Source: Octopus sinensis
Lineage: Eukaryota
Length of the DNA stretch: 64,000 nucleotides
Direction: 5' to 3'
NCBI RefSeq assembly: GCF_006345805.1
Contig: NC_042997.1
Coordinates: 43,338,001 to 43,402,000, forward strand
Shown: positions 63,321 to 64,000 of the stretch, in pieces
How the letters are laid out: the number at the start of each line of letters is the position of its first letter
Numbering within the stretch: the stretch's first letter is position 1
The notes under the pieces: model-generated
Database searches by the model: none
What the model was told of the DNA's origin: nothing
Seen by the model: the letters and a program-made list of their open reading frames with translations, nothing else
Made by a program: the position numbers and the translations under genes

Positions 63321-63491
63321 AATAAAACAATTACTGATAAAAAGATGTAAAAGAACAGTAAAAGAGCCGATGAAGAAGAAAGGATGCAGAAGAGGCATGT
63401 CAGAAGCAGGGATGGCAAACTGAAGAATGGGTTAGTCAGGTTTTGTAGATTTACATGAGCAGGAGAATCAGATGAAACAGAGAATACTTAC

Positions 63492-63576
63492 TGTTTGTGA
63501 AAACAAGGAGGATTATCCACACAGCAGACTTAACTGTTTTCTTAGGAATTAGGCACTTGACTTCATTGGGTCCCAT
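63492..63576 (-). CDS. Ly6/uPAR three-finger protein, exon 1 (signal peptide); alternative in-frame ATG at 63606
   Basis: MGPNEVKCLIPKKTVKSAVWIILLVFTN followed by a consensus gtaagt donor in phase 1, joining exon 2 in frame to give ...VFTNIIYPCNG/LRCWKC. Confidence 0.7.
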
Positions 63577-63947
63577 TCTTAGTTTCTTACATCTGATGCT
63601 GGCCATGGGACATTGCTTTCCTTTTTCTTGCTTTCTTTCCTTCTTCCTTTCCATATATTTTTGCTTGCCTTTTTTTTCTTCTTTCCTTTTATTTATCTAT
63701 TCCTTTGTTTCTTCTTTTCAACTTTTCTTTCTTTTTTCTCTTTCTGTTTGTTTCAGTCAAATTCCTTCTCAACTTCCAAATTCACTGCGAGATTCCTGGT
63801 AGATTTCTTTCTTTTATAGATAGTTCTCCTCTGTGTGTGTGAGTGTGTGTATGTGTGTGTGTGTGTGTGTGTGGTTGCATGTGTGTGTGTGTGTGTGTGT
63901 CTGTCTGTATGTATGTATGTATGTATGTATGTATATGTGTGTATGTA

Positions 63948-63978
<31 letters not shown>

Positions 63979-64000
63979 GTATGTATGTATGTATGTATGT

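Overview
Eukaryotic, AT-rich, repeat-dense animal DNA. The repeat families look like those of Octopus or another coleoid cephalopod; this is an inference, with no database check. Two convergent spliced genes were assembled by hand, and neither appears as a whole ORF in the track. (1) On +, the 3' nine coding exons of a sterol O-acyltransferase (SOAT/ACAT, MBOAT family) at 3214-29819: 337 codons plus stop, all phases compatible, catalytic His retained, and probably a 2.9-kb 3' UTR. (2) On -, a complete three-exon Ly6/uPAR (three-finger) gene at 63576-46515, encoding a signal peptide, a 12-Cys LU domain and a GPI-type tail. The introns and spacer contain: one apparently full-length but frameshifted RTE-clade LINE (about 14918-19383, -) with a PHD-like finger inside its RT and a candidate in-frame intron near its 5' end; about 19 5'-truncated copies of related RTE 3' ends carrying a modular 61-67 bp hairpin VNTR; three tRNA-type SINE families; TTAA-flanked piggyBac-type MITEs; two non-autonomous Helitrons and a helicase relic; a maT/DD37D relic; several long palindromes; an (AAT)n-embedded element; a 34-bp minisatellite; and many microsatellites. 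Most ORFs in the supplied track are repeat artefacts.
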